Source: Candidatus Latescibacterota bacterium
GTDB lineage: Bacteria; Latescibacterota; UBA2968; GCA-2709665
Direction of reading: 5' to 3'
Assembly: GCA_965248435.1 (NCBI GenBank)
Contig: OZ252100.1
Span: 1,184,001-1,248,000 of the forward strand
Length of the DNA: 64,000 nt
Shown: positions 37,541 through 46,904 of the stretch, one piece after another
Position numbering within the stretch: position 1 is the stretch's first letter
How the letters are laid out: each line of letters opens with the position of its first letter
Made by a program: the position numbers and the translations under genes
Notes under the pieces: model-generated
Told to the model about the DNA's origin: nothing
The model's input: only the letters and a program-made list of their open reading frames with translations
Database searches by the model: none

Positions 37541-37641
37541 AGACCAGAGACGCCGCCATCCTCATAGAAACGCCTCCGGCCATATACCCCCGACCTGCCG
37601 CCAAACTAAACTCAATATAATCCTCAATTTTTAATAGTCAA
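37541..37641 (-). repeat. Hairpin repeat X with upstream sigma70-like promoter
   Basis: TTGACT-N16-TATATT, then GGCGGCAGGTCGGGGG...CCGGAGGCGTTTCT...GGCGTCTCTGG-TCTTTT. Confidence 0.7.
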
Positions 37642-37685
37642 CCTGTAAAAATGGTCGGTCAAGAAACAGATTTGGTTCGAAACCT

Positions 37686-37757
37686 GCACAAAAAAGAGGC
37701 GCTAACTCTCCAACACCAGCGCCCTTCCTCAATCAAGGGGTCTCTTGCCACTTCATA
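37686..37757 (-). terminator. Repeat Y copy directly after the AraC-type regulator
   Basis: AGTGGCAAGAGACCCCTTG...GGCGCTGGT...AGTTAGCGCC-TCTTTTTT; the promoter part is degenerate. Confidence 0.65.
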
Positions 37758-38492
37758 TCATCTGATGCTTAGCTCGTGAGACACCTTGTCCTTTAGGATG
37801 AAATCCCTGCGAAACCCTCTTGGAGTTATTCCCTCTAATCTTTGGAAAGTAGACGTAAGCTGGCGATAATTTCTAAAACCGCACTTCTCTGCAATTACAT
37901 AAAAAGGCTCATCGCTGCACCTAATGAGATGCTTTGCCCTTTTTACGCGATAGAAGGCCAAGCGTCTTCTGAATTTCATTCCCACTTCATTTCTAAATAA
38001 TCTGGATGCATATCTCGTTGAGATCCCGAAATGCGCGCATATGTCACCTAACTTCAACCCAGGCTCTGAATAGTGGTCTCTCACAAAAGCTTCCAATTTA
38101 TTTGCAAGTGGATGCGTTGATGAATGACGTTTGGCAATCAGGTTCTTTATGGAACCTATTAACTCATCTGCCTTAAAGGGTTTTGTTAGGAAGTCCTTGA
38201 CTCCTTTCTTAATCGCTGAGACAGCAACTTCTACGGTCCCATAGCCTGTCAGAATAAGAAGATCAGTTTCAATTCCTCTCCCTTGCACCTCTTCCAAAAC
38301 CTGCATCCCATTAAGATGTGGCATCTCCAGGTCGAGAACTGCCACATCAAAGTGCTGGCTGGAAAGCAGATCAAGTGCTTCTCTCCCATCTTTTGCTAAT
38401 TCAACAACCCAAGGTTGGGAGCTGAGTGCCTGTCTGATGAACTCAAGAACTGTAGGCTCATCATCGGCTATGAGAATTTTGGGTTGTGGCAT
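37758..38492 (-). CDS. Response regulator with AraC-type HTH (paralog 2)
   Basis: Close paralog of 34195-34905, including about 40 nt of conserved upstream sequence. Confidence 0.9.
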   Translation of the reverse strand: MPQPKILIADDEPTVLEFIRQALSSQPWVVELAKDGREALDLLSSQHFDVAVLDLEMPHLNGMQVLEEVQGRGIETDLLILTGYGTVEVAVSAIKKGVKDFLTKPFKADELIGSIKNLIAKRHSSTHPLANKLEAFVRDHYSEPGLKLGDICAHFGISTRYASRLFRNEVGMKFRRRLAFYRVKRAKHLIRCSDEPFYVIAEKCGFRNYRQLTSTFQRLEGITPRGFRRDFILKDKVSHELSIR

Positions 38493-38632
38493 CTAGCTAC
38501 TCTTTTGATTCTTAATTTCCGTCCTGAAAATACTCTGATCTTGTTGCTTCGTGCAAGTCGGCGCCTTAGAGGTCTCCTCTTGTCACTTCAATATATTTAT
38601 CGTCTGTGATCCTTGGTAATCCAATGCTTAAT

Positions 38633-38980
38633 TTATTCCTCTCCCATAACATCCTCAATAGCCTTACTTAAATCTTGAAGCTTAAATGGCTTTTGAAGAA
38701 AGCTAAGTGCTCCAGCTTCTTTAGCTGGTTCTGCTATCTCTTCGGAGAATATACCAGAGATGGCAATTATTCTCGCTCCATTATCATAGCTCTTTAGTTC
38801 TTTAATCACTTCAAGCCCGTCTTTTCCTGGCAATCCCATATCTACGAACACCACGTCTGGATTTTCTTGATGGTAAAGCTCAATACCTTCCTCTCCATTA
38901 TGCGCCAGATAAACTTCATAACCCTCTGAATTCAAGCTGCTCTTGAACAGCTCTCTAACTGGAGCGTTATCATCTATCAC
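38633..38980 (-). CDS. Single-domain response regulator; start may lie slightly upstream
   Basis: IDDN, FVDMGLP, AISG, QKPF. Confidence 0.9.
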   Translation of the reverse strand: MIDDNAPVRELFKSSLNSEGYEVYLAHNGEEGIELYHQENPDVVFVDMGLPGKDGLEVIKELKSYDNGARIIAISGIFSEEIAEPAKEAGALSFLQKPFKLQDLSKAIEDVMGEE

Positions 38981-39009
38981 AAGAATTGTTGGGAGCCGAG
39001 ACAGATATC

Positions 39010-39375
39010 TTACTTTCCTCCAACAATCCCGGATGCAATTGCTTCACGCAACACACTTGGTTTAAAAGGCTTTTTAAGAACTGCAACAGGTTCTAAATGC
39101 TGTAAGGCTTGCTCAAACTCTGGCAGATGTAAGAACGCTGATAGGATAATGAAAGGAATCTTTTCAGGAAGCATCTCAATGAGTTCTTTACCGTGACACC
39201 CCGGCATCTTCAAATCTGTAATAACAAGCTCAATCTTCTCCTCACCTACTAATATCTGAGAAACCGCATCAAAGCCACTATCCGCCTCAACCAAATCATA
39301 GTGTTGGTCAAGCACGCGATGCAAGAGTTTTCTAAGGTCTACATCATAACCCACTATCAGAATACAAGGTTTCAT
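39010..39375 (-). CDS. Single-domain response regulator with degenerate acidic pocket
   Basis: ILIVGYD instead of ILIVDD; ITDLKMP and KKPF retained. Confidence 0.85.
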   Translation of the reverse strand: MKPCILIVGYDVDLRKLLHRVLDQHYDLVEADSGFDAVSQILVGEEKIELVITDLKMPGCHGKELIEMLPEKIPFIILSAFLHLPEFEQALQHLEPVAVLKKPFKPSVLREAIASGIVGGK

Positions 39376-39469
39376 CTCTTCGCCTTATTCTCTTTGGACC
39401 ATCTTACTAGCTCATAGAGAAAGATACCGATGCACGGAATTAGCAGAATTAGGAAGGGTGTAAAGCCAT

Positions 39470-39787
39470 TCATTTCTTTCCCTCAGCTTCTCCATCTCTA
39501 GGCTTAGCAAATTCTTCCTTCAACGTCTTTCCAGGTCTAAAACTCACCTTTCTTCGGGCCGGAACATACACTCTCTCTCCAGTGCTCGGATTGCGGGCAT
39601 TGGGATTAGCCCTTACTTCTCGTACTCTCCAAACACCAAACCCTCTAATCTCAATTCTGTCTCCCTGAATAACAGCCTCGGTCATAGCCTTCACTACTGT
39701 ATCCACCATAAGCTTCGCTTTTCTCTGAGTGATGTTGCACTTCTTAGCAATAACTTTACAAAAATCTAGTTTGGTGATTGTTGCCAA
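39470..39787 (-). CDS. HU/IHF-family DNA-binding protein
   Basis: GDRIEIRGFGVW...ARNPSTGERVYVPARRKVSFRPGK. Confidence 0.95.
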   Translation of the reverse strand: MATITKLDFCKVIAKKCNITQRKAKLMVDTVVKAMTEAVIQGDRIEIRGFGVWRVREVRANPNARNPSTGERVYVPARRKVSFRPGKTLKEEFAKPRDGEAEGKK

Positions 39788-39936
39788 CTCTACCTCAGAT
39801 CATAAAGAAAAAGGCACACCTCTCATCAAGTGCACCTCAATAATTCTGGCTTTCTCCCTCCCGATGAGAGAACTGGGATCGACATAAATATATGTTTCGA
39901 CTGTTGGAATTGTCAACTTGAAAGTAGAATCTTTAG

Positions 39937-40242
39937 CTACTCATACCCTTGCTCTTCCACTCTTTGCAGAATTGCCTTAAGCCTTCTACTCATTGTCCGA
40001 ATCAGTTTTGAGTTTTCAAAGTAAAGAAAAGCATCACACACAGCCCCAGGTCCAAAGGCATAGCCTTCACAAGGTGTAAAGTTATCAACTTCAGGAATCC
40101 AGGGCTTGTAATTCGCATCTACCCTTTGTCCTCTGCCACACATCCTCTTCTCTATCTCTCTCGGCAAAATACCTTGGTTGTAAAATCCACAATCACTATG
40201 GTATTTGCATCTTGCTGGCTCTTTGTATTGTTCATCTGGCAT
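39937..40242 (-). CDS. Cys-containing hypothetical protein
   Basis: 101-aa ORF; TTCTTAAG TATA-like box 30 nt upstream and no SD. Confidence 0.55.
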   Translation of the reverse strand: MPDEQYKEPARCKYHSDCGFYNQGILPREIEKRMCGRGQRVDANYKPWIPEVDNFTPCEGYAFGPGAVCDAFLYFENSKLIRTMSRRLKAILQRVEEQGYE

Positions 40243-40368
40243 TCACTCTTAATGGACTTTCCAGCTTAAGAAATTCTTTGCAGGTATTAGTGTAGCGATT
40301 GTAGGACAGAAGATGCAAAAGAGAGGATTAACTCTCTTGGCTTCTGTCTTTCTACTCTCAATACAAAG

Positions 40369-40400
40369 AAAGCAACCTTTATAAAAGCAACCTTTATATA
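40369..40400 (+). promoter_or_regulatory. Tandemly duplicated archaeal BRE-TATA promoter
   Basis: AAAGCAACCTTTATA twice (40369-40383, 40384-40398), ending in TTTATATA about 30 nt before ATG 40426. Confidence 0.7.
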
Positions 40401-40425
40401 TACGTTTCCCCCTTCCTTAACATAG

Positions 40426-40872
40426 ATGTTTCATAACAAAGAGAAGGTGATATTTGTAATTCTAAGTCTTGTATTTCTCATAGGTGCTGGGTGTGAACAG
40501 GAAAAGATTGAAAAACTCATTACCGATATTATTGAATGTGAGAACATTCCTAACTTGCATAAGAGGGGTGAGTGTTTAGATGATTTTTATTTGCAGCAGG
40601 CTCTAGATAACGATGATAGTAGTATTTGCAATCTAATTACAGATCCTTCAGTTAGAGAAAGTTGTGAAGCCGCATTTGTCATAGGATTTGAAGAGTCTGT
40701 TGTAGAAAATGCTTTGGCTGATGCAAGCTTGTGTGATGAATTAGAAGAAGAGCTGCGACAAGATTGCCTTGATGATTATTACTTTAACCAGGTTATTGAG
40801 ACTGATGATCTAGGTTTTTGTAATCAAATTAATGATGGAGAACTGAGAAAGGTTTGCCAGGAGCTAGAATGA
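40426..40872 (+). CDS. Secreted acidic Cys-repeat protein (DPANN/CPR-like)
   Basis: Hydrophobic leader ending GAGC; repeated D..xC..I.D..R..C units. Confidence 0.75.
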   Translation: MFHNKEKVIFVILSLVFLIGAGCEQEKIEKLITDIIECENIPNLHKRGECLDDFYLQQALDNDDSSICNLITDPSVRESCEAAFVIGFEESVVENALADASLCDELEEELRQDCLDDYYFNQVIETDDLGFCNQINDGELRKVCQELE

Positions 40873-42707
40873 GAAAGATACTTTTCCTTTTGGTGTTGGC
40901 GGTTTTTGTCTTTGCAATTATGCCTGAGAGTGAGTCAAGACACCTTACTGCTTCTCTTTCCTCTGCCTTCTCCTCTTCTCTGTCTCCATATTGTAAGGAA
41001 TACAAAAGCGGGAATGTTAAATACAGAGTTGGAAGTAAGAGTTATTACAAGAAGGATTACTGCGGCAGAAATTCTTTCATAGACTATTCTTGCCAGGGAA
41101 AGAGGAAAAAGACTACAATTCGTAGGTGTAATTTCGGATGCGGTAGAGATGGATGCAAGCCAGCCCCTAGAGTTGAAGTGACGCAGAAACAAGCTGAGGC
41201 TGCTTTCCAACAAGGTGGATTTACAGGATTGGTAAAGACCGTCACCCAGGGACAAACAGATACTAATTGCTGGGGTAGAAATTGCAATGCTGGTGATGGC
41301 TGGAAACCTGACTGGAGAAACATAGGCCAATGCCAAGAACAAAAATGGGAGAGGTATTCTGATTTCTTTTGTGATACCAGGTCTAGTGCTCAGAGATGTA
41401 ATCTGCAAATAACTCAGAATAGAAAAACTGAGGAGGTAAGAACGATTGCGCCTCCAAGATGCACTCTTCCTACACGTGCTCCAACCCCAGCTCCAGCTGT
41501 AACTCCTAGCGCTCCTAAGCTAGCTGCTGATCCTGGCTTCCCACAAGTTAGAGATAATTTGTTTACAGCCAATTATTATGATGGTGTAAACTTCGATAAT
41601 TTCAGGCTCGGAGTTAGAGCATCTGATTTAGCAAGTTCAGGACAAGGAGATGAGCGAAAATTCTCCAAAGATTGGGGTATTGGTGCTCCTGCTCAAGCTA
41701 CTAATGTTGGGGCTGATCAATTTTCAGTAAAGTATGTTGGCAGATTTGATCTAGCCGCTGGTCAGTATGAGTTCTGGACTAATAGTGATGATGGTTCAAG
41801 ATTATATTTGATTTACCCTGGTGGAAACAGAAGATTGATTATCGATAACTGGGGCTTGCACGGACCTAGAAGAATCTCTACAAATAATGCTGACACTAAT
41901 CTGCAAGCTGGAAAACATACAATTCAAGTTGAGTATTTTGAGCAAGGTGGAGGTGCTTCAATTGAATTTGGATGGAAGTTAGTTACTCCTGCTGCTCAAC
42001 AGCTTGAAGCATTTGGTTTTGTCAAAGTGCCCGATGATAGTCAAATGAATGTAGATGAGGTTGCTGGGGGCGAGAAAGCTACTGTTAGTTGTGGTGGAGG
42101 GGTTATAGGGCAATACAAAGCAATTTATTATTGTGAGAATAAAGCATCAAGTAGTTGCAGTAAGGGTTTTCAGTTCGGTCCAGTAGGAAAGCCAACATTA
42201 GCAAGCGCAAGTGGAGACCCCCCTAAATTGAGTATTGTTTTCAATGACGCTAATTGCGGAATTCCTTGTGGTGCTCAAAAGAAAAGAGGATTTTTAGTTG
42301 CTACCTGCCAAGATTCGTTAAGAGAGAAAACCTGCACTACTAATAATGATTGTTCCTTCTTTTCTTCCAGTGCTTTGCCTGGACAGAGAAATGAGAATCT
42401 GTATTGCAGCTTTGCTAGCGGACAAGGCGGTTGCTGTTTTGTTGCCAAAGAAGCTTGGGATGGAGAAAGATGTATTGGAGGAGCAGAAACAGTAAGTCCT
42501 TGTGATTGTCCGATTGAGCAAAAGCAGGGTGGAAAATTCTTCTATGGTGGAAGAGAATACGATATTGGAAAGATCAAGAGAAATCCCTTTAAAGTTGGAG
42601 GCAAAACCCTTGATTGTTGGGCTGCAGAGCAGATATGTTTGAAGACAAATGCTCTTGGCAAATCTGATCAAGTTATTTTAGTAAAGCCCGAAACTTACGG
42701 AACCTAA
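40854..42707 (+). CDS. Secreted Cys-rich protein with PA14 domain
   Basis: DWGIGAP...DQFSVKYVG...GQYEFWTNSDDGSRL...HTIQVEYFEQGGGA PA14 signature; probable start is MRKIL. Confidence 0.85.
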   Translation: MPGARMRKILFLLVLAVFVFAIMPESESRHLTASLSSAFSSSLSPYCKEYKSGNVKYRVGSKSYYKKDYCGRNSFIDYSCQGKRKKTTIRRCNFGCGRDGCKPAPRVEVTQKQAEAAFQQGGFTGLVKTVTQGQTDTNCWGRNCNAGDGWKPDWRNIGQCQEQKWERYSDFFCDTRSSAQRCNLQITQNRKTEEVRTIAPPRCTLPTRAPTPAPAVTPSAPKLAADPGFPQVRDNLFTANYYDGVNFDNFRLGVRASDLASSGQGDERKFSKDWGIGAPAQATNVGADQFSVKYVGRFDLAAGQYEFWTNSDDGSRLYLIYPGGNRRLIIDNWGLHGPRRISTNNADTNLQAGKHTIQVEYFEQGGGASIEFGWKLVTPAAQQLEAFGFVKVPDDSQMNVDEVAGGEKATVSCGGGVIGQYKAIYYCENKASSSCSKGFQFGPVGKPTLASASGDPPKLSIVFNDANCGIPCGAQKKRGFLVATCQDSLREKTCTTNNDCSFFSSSALPGQRNENLYCSFASGQGGCCFVAKEAWDGERCIGGAETVSPCDCPIEQKQGGKFFYGGREYDIGKIKRNPFKVGGKTLDCWAAEQICLKTNALGKSDQVILVKPETYGT

Positions 42708-44018
42708 CTAAGGTTCAGCCTTAGCTAGACCTGCTTTTAGTCTTTCATCTATGTTTGCAGTTACTAAAGCTATGTGCATCGGTGAATAAGCTTTAACATC
42801 TGGAATTCCTCCTACAGAAAATAGATCTCCTACTTTTTCTGAATGTGTTCCAGAAGTTGCGACGTGATAATTCTCGTGAAGGTGGGTTGAGAAATTTGCC
42901 CCTGGTTTAGTATAATATCCAGCAGCAGTGTAGTTTCTATTGCGGTCTCCATTATTATAGGCTCCCCCATTTCCTCTTATGTTGTCCCTAGTATACCAGT
43001 GTATCCATCCTTCTGGAGGCTCTACAGTGTTCGTAGCTTCATTATAAATTTTAGTATGGTCTGTTCCTCTGACAATTTCAATGTCTTTAGGAATAAAGCC
43101 ACTCGTTAAGATGTGAAGTTGTTTTATTGCGTTCTCTGCATTTGCAAGGTCTTCTTCAGATGTTAGAGGGCCTTCCCAGGTTCTAGGATCTTTATTTTTG
43201 ACATCTAACCTTGTAGCACCTGCCCATAGGTAAGCCATTTTAATCGGAGATTTGAGACCTTCTTGTATGTCCGGGAAGAGAGTCTTGTATTCATCTATAA
43301 AATCATTATCGCTCTCAATCTCAACCTCTAGTTCTCCCAGATTGCTTTCTAGATCTCCTTTCCTAACTCTAAACGCAACCTTAGCCAAACCATTATCTTC
43401 TTTATTAAAGAGTCCTCTTGGTCTGTATGCCAGAATTGAGTCTTTTAGCTGCGTAACTAAACCATTACTGCCAACTATTTCATAAACTAAATTACTATCT
43501 GGCTCTGTAATAAATTGGAAAAGGTCTAGAGTTCTTGGCTCTGTAAAGGGTTCAACTTGAGGAATTTTTTGTAAAGGAATTTCAGTTATTTGCGGAGGGT
43601 TTTCTCTTATTTCAATGTCTTTTCCAAATGTCTCTGTAAGTTTTAGAAAGTCAAAAAATCCTACTTGTTCATCTTCATTCAAATCATATCTAGCATCCCA
43701 ATCAAGGTCAGTGCGTCTAGAGCCAAAAGCTTGTGCAAATCCTACAAAGTCAAGGAAGTCTACTTTCCCACTTCCATTAAAATCTGGATTTGGTTCACCT
43801 GGAGATATGATGTAAGAATCTCCTTCCACAACACCCTTAGAGGCTTTTGTTGTTGAAGGATTAGGATGCGGGTTTGCTTGAAGAGGCATACTTAATAGGC
43901 CGCTAGCTAATAATCCGTAACCTGTATCCTTCAAGGTCCTCTTTATTCTTCTGCCTAAACTTGGCTTTTTCATCCTCCAAGGAGATATCTGAGTGTTTAT
44001 AAAGTTTTCTATTTTCAC
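42708..44018 (-). CDS. Secreted protein with dockerin/EF-hand-like repeat and possible HExxH metallopeptidase motif
   Basis: DFNGSGKVDFLDFVGFAQAFG...YDLNEDEQVGFFDF; HLHENYH near the C-terminus. Confidence 0.7.
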   Translation of the reverse strand: MKIENFINTQISPWRMKKPSLGRRIKRTLKDTGYGLLASGLLSMPLQANPHPNPSTTKASKGVVEGDSYIISPGEPNPDFNGSGKVDFLDFVGFAQAFGSRRTDLDWDARYDLNEDEQVGFFDFLKLTETFGKDIEIRENPPQITEIPLQKIPQVEPFTEPRTLDLFQFITEPDSNLVYEIVGSNGLVTQLKDSILAYRPRGLFNKEDNGLAKVAFRVRKGDLESNLGELEVEIESDNDFIDEYKTLFPDIQEGLKSPIKMAYLWAGATRLDVKNKDPRTWEGPLTSEEDLANAENAIKQLHILTSGFIPKDIEIVRGTDHTKIYNEATNTVEPPEGWIHWYTRDNIRGNGGAYNNGDRNRNYTAAGYYTKPGANFSTHLHENYHVATSGTHSEKVGDLFSVGGIPDVKAYSPMHIALVTANIDERLKAGLAKAEP

Positions 44019-44095
44019 TATTGCTAAGGGGTGAATAACAAGACCCTGAAAGAGCCTCAGAGCCTTTTAGGGGGATGTTCTATGTCTAAGCGAAC

Positions 44096-44467
44096 TCAGC
44101 GAGGGCTTAGAATTATCGTTACTACATTTGCGATGTTTAGCCTATCAAAGCCAAGTTCTGCCATCCTGGCTTGATTGCCTTCAACAGTCACCAAGTAGGT
44201 CTCATTCTCACCAGCATTAAGTGGTCCTAGGATGGATGTTCCTTCTCCAATAGTTTCTCCTGAGACAGTGACTCTATGGCTGAGGCTGGCTCGCTCAGAT
44301 GTATCATCGCCATCATTGGATAACTGAACGCTCACTTCGAACCAGCCTCCGTTTATGCTATAGCGCTCAACCTTTGAGAATGCTCGGTATATGGGAGCTT
44401 CCTCCATATTTGGATTCAAGCCACAGGAAAAAGCCAACAAGGCTAGTATGAAAACAACAGACTTCAT
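44096..44467 (-). CDS. Putative lipoprotein with CARDB-like Ig fold
   Basis: LALLAFSC lipobox-like leader; VQLSNDG...LGPLNAGE. Confidence 0.65.
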   Translation of the reverse strand: MKSVVFILALLAFSCGLNPNMEEAPIYRAFSKVERYSINGGWFEVSVQLSNDGDDTSERASLSHRVTVSGETIGEGTSILGPLNAGENETYLVTVEGNQARMAELGFDRLNIANVVTIILSPR

Positions 44468-44479
44468 CTCTTTTCATCC

Positions 44480-44941
44480 TCAAGTGGGAATGGTAAATCT
44501 CACCTCTGCTGGAGTGGGGTCTTTTGCTCCTTCATCGTCAACAGCTCTGACTCTCAAGGTGTAGCTGCCTCTCGGTAGGTTTCTGACAGTGCCTCGTTGG
44601 AGGTATTCTATAACTGCCTCAAAGCTATCTGAGATTGTTGGAGGATTTGATTTGAGAGAAATCCAACTAATGACTTTTGGTCCTTGGATAGAGAACTCAT
44701 AATCCACAACGACCCCATCCCCATCATTTCCTTCATAGCCAACCAGAAGCGAAGGTCCTGGATCAACCTCTATTACGATAACTTGAGGGGGGAGAAAAAT
44801 GCTCCCAGGCGTAGGACTTGTGAACTTTGCAGATGTCTCTGGCGGTTGATTTCTTTGAGAGGAAAGAAGACCATCTAAGTCTTGATTACTTTCCTTGCAC
44901 CCCAGGACTAAGAGAATGAGAATTAGAGATAATTGTTTCAT
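44480..44941 (-). CDS. Putative lipoprotein with Ig-like/Y_Y_Y-type domain
   Basis: LLVLGC lipobox; GSYTLRVRAVDDEGAKDPTPAEVRF. Confidence 0.7.
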   Translation of the reverse strand: MKQLSLILILLVLGCKESNQDLDGLLSSQRNQPPETSAKFTSPTPGSIFLPPQVIVIEVDPGPSLLVGYEGNDGDGVVVDYEFSIQGPKVISWISLKSNPPTISDSFEAVIEYLQRGTVRNLPRGSYTLRVRAVDDEGAKDPTPAEVRFTIPT

Positions 44942-44960
44942 CTCCTCTCTTTACCTCCTT

Positions 44961-45827
44961 CTACGGCATAATGAATTTCATATAGAGACTGACTTGCAAA
45001 GCACCAAGTTTGACTTTTCCAAAATCTCCTTCCAGTTCAGTTTCGAGGGAAGTCCATTTGGGCTCAACAACAAAACCCACATAGTTGTTTGGCATCCGCA
45101 TCTCAAGATTTGCTCCGAAACTCCACCCATCCTCCCACTTATCAATATTTCCTTCTGTAACAGAACTGTCTAGCCCAAGCTCAGAGCCATTCATCTTTAC
45201 AGAGCCAAAAGCCAAACCTCCGAAAATGCTGGCATACACCTTTACACCTGGGCTCTCCTTCTCAGCCAGATTTTCCCTGTAGAGAAGCATCACTTCAAAG
45301 ATTCCTACATCCCAATTCCAGGTATTCAGGAAAGTGTTATCCAGAAAACCCTTTTGCAGCTCATAGCCTGTATAGTCCACTTTCAGTCCAAAGCCATCGC
45401 CGTGCTCGAACTCTGTTGAAAATCTCACCCCTGAAAAGCTTTCTCCATCAGGTCCAGCGATTGCCTGAATTCCAGTATTCCCCGCCAGTTTTCCTATTCC
45501 ATATCCGACTCCTAGAGACAGAACTCTTTCTGATTTGCTTTCTGTGGAAGCTTGCTCATCTTGGTTGATGAGACTATCTGGTTCAGGTGGTGCAAATAGA
45601 TCAGAGTCAACTGATAGCTGCACTTTTCCAATCCTCTTCACTTCCTCCATCCTAAACACCAGCAAGTCTCCTGCTCGATTCTTTACTTTTACATACTCTC
45701 CAGGAATTTGCTCAACAATGGTTCCAAAGATGATGCTGCCATTTTTGAGCTGGATCTCGTATAGGATTTCCTGAGCTCCTATCTCTCCTGCAAACACCAA
45801 GACCATCACTGCAAGTAAGCTTCTCAT
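44961..45827 (-). CDS. Putative outer-membrane beta-barrel protein
   Basis: Signal peptide; IQLKNGSIIFGTIVEQIPG N-terminal domain; alternating amphipathic strands ending VSLYMKF. Confidence 0.65.
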   Translation of the reverse strand: MRSLLAVMVLVFAGEIGAQEILYEIQLKNGSIIFGTIVEQIPGEYVKVKNRAGDLLVFRMEEVKRIGKVQLSVDSDLFAPPEPDSLINQDEQASTESKSERVLSLGVGYGIGKLAGNTGIQAIAGPDGESFSGVRFSTEFEHGDGFGLKVDYTGYELQKGFLDNTFLNTWNWDVGIFEVMLLYRENLAEKESPGVKVYASIFGGLAFGSVKMNGSELGLDSSVTEGNIDKWEDGWSFGANLEMRMPNNYVGFVVEPKWTSLETELEGDFGKVKLGALQVSLYMKFIMP

Positions 45828-45848
45828 ATGAATACCCTCCTTAGAGTG

Positions 45849-45929
45849 TTGCTTTTAGCCCACATTTAAGATAAGGAAAAGATTGCTTATGAGCAATCTT
45901 AATAGATAGGAAAATACTGCTTTTAAGCC
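45849..45929. promoter_or_regulatory. Operator-like dyads upstream of an XRE regulator
   Basis: AAGATTGCT-TATG-AGCAATCTT (45879-45900) plus two related TGCTTTT(A)AGCC sites. Confidence 0.55.
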
Positions 45930-46017
45930 ATTACGCCCCCGGCTTGGAAATCTTACCTTAGTGTTTTAAAATTCAGGACTTACTTGCAGTAGAGGTTTGA
46001 AAAGGTAGGAGGGGGCT

Positions 46018-46380
46018 ATGAAACAGTTCGAGGAAACAGCAAGACTTCTGGGCAAAAGGATATGGGATTTGCGAAAGCAGGCAGGATTATCTCAAGAGGA
46101 GCTTGCAGAGGGTGCGGATGTTAGTCTGGATGCTTGTGGAAGGCTGGAGAGAGGGGAGGGGAATGCGACTCTAAAGACAATGGTTGGAATCTCTGAAGCC
46201 TTCAGAATCAGCTTGAGTGAATTGTTTCAGCTCCGACAAGGAAAACAAGATCCTATAAAGAAGGAGATTGGAGAACTTTCCATTTTTCTTTCTACAAAAC
46301 CTTTAGAGGATGTTAAGTTTGCTGCTGGATTGATGAGGCAGATGATTTTACAGCTTCAGGAAGTTCGTGGAGAGGAATAA
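46018..46380 (+). CDS. XRE-family HTH transcriptional regulator
   Basis: LGKRIWDLRKQAGLSQEELAE...RLERGEGNATL. Confidence 0.9.
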   Translation: MKQFEETARLLGKRIWDLRKQAGLSQEELAEGADVSLDACGRLERGEGNATLKTMVGISEAFRISLSELFQLRQGKQDPIKKEIGELSIFLSTKPLEDVKFAAGLMRQMILQLQEVRGEE

Positions 46381-46388
46381 TAACTAGA

Positions 46389-46607
46389 CTAACGTATCTT
46401 AACTTTTCTTTCTCCATAGAGCTCAGAGATCAAAACATCTAAAGCAATTGCAATATTCTGAACGTGCTCTGCTGAAAGCCTTCTCGACCCTAGTTCTAAT
46501 TGAGTGTAGTAAGGTCTAGAGATTCCTATAGATTCTGCAACTTCCTTGGCAGATAGACCTTTTTGGATTCTTATTGCTCGAATTTTTTCTCTTATTACGA
46601 TTGGCAT
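46389..46607 (-). CDS. XRE-family HTH (Cro-like) regulator
   Basis: IRAIRIQKGLSAKEVAESIGISRPYYTQLELG. Confidence 0.9.
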   Translation of the reverse strand: MPIVIREKIRAIRIQKGLSAKEVAESIGISRPYYTQLELGSRRLSAEHVQNIAIALDVLISELYGERKVKIR

Positions 46608-46831
46608 TCAACCAAATCCATTTGCACAATAAACTTGTGTAGCCACCTTATCATAGCAGTCCTCGCTCCAGTTAGATCTCCGAATTCAACCACTTCCTGA
46701 ATCAAACGTTCTCTTTCTTTTCTTAGAATATCAACTTCTTCTGCTTCTTCAGAAACTTCACAAAAAGAAATCTCATCAAAAAGTTCTTTGACCTGGCTGT
46801 TGAATAATGTATTCACTGTATTGTCCTCCAC
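46595..46831 (-). CDS. Hypothetical protein
   Basis: 78-aa ORF overlapping the XRE start. Confidence 0.45.
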   Translation of the reverse strand: MEDNTVNTLFNSQVKELFDEISFCEVSEEAEEVDILRKERERLIQEVVEFGDLTGARTAMIRWLHKFIVQMDLVECQS

Positions 46832-46904
46832 TTTCAGGCAAAAAAAATCCGAACATCAAGCTCCTATGACATTCGGCCTATTTCCGGTCCTCCTTTTGTA
46901 GCCA

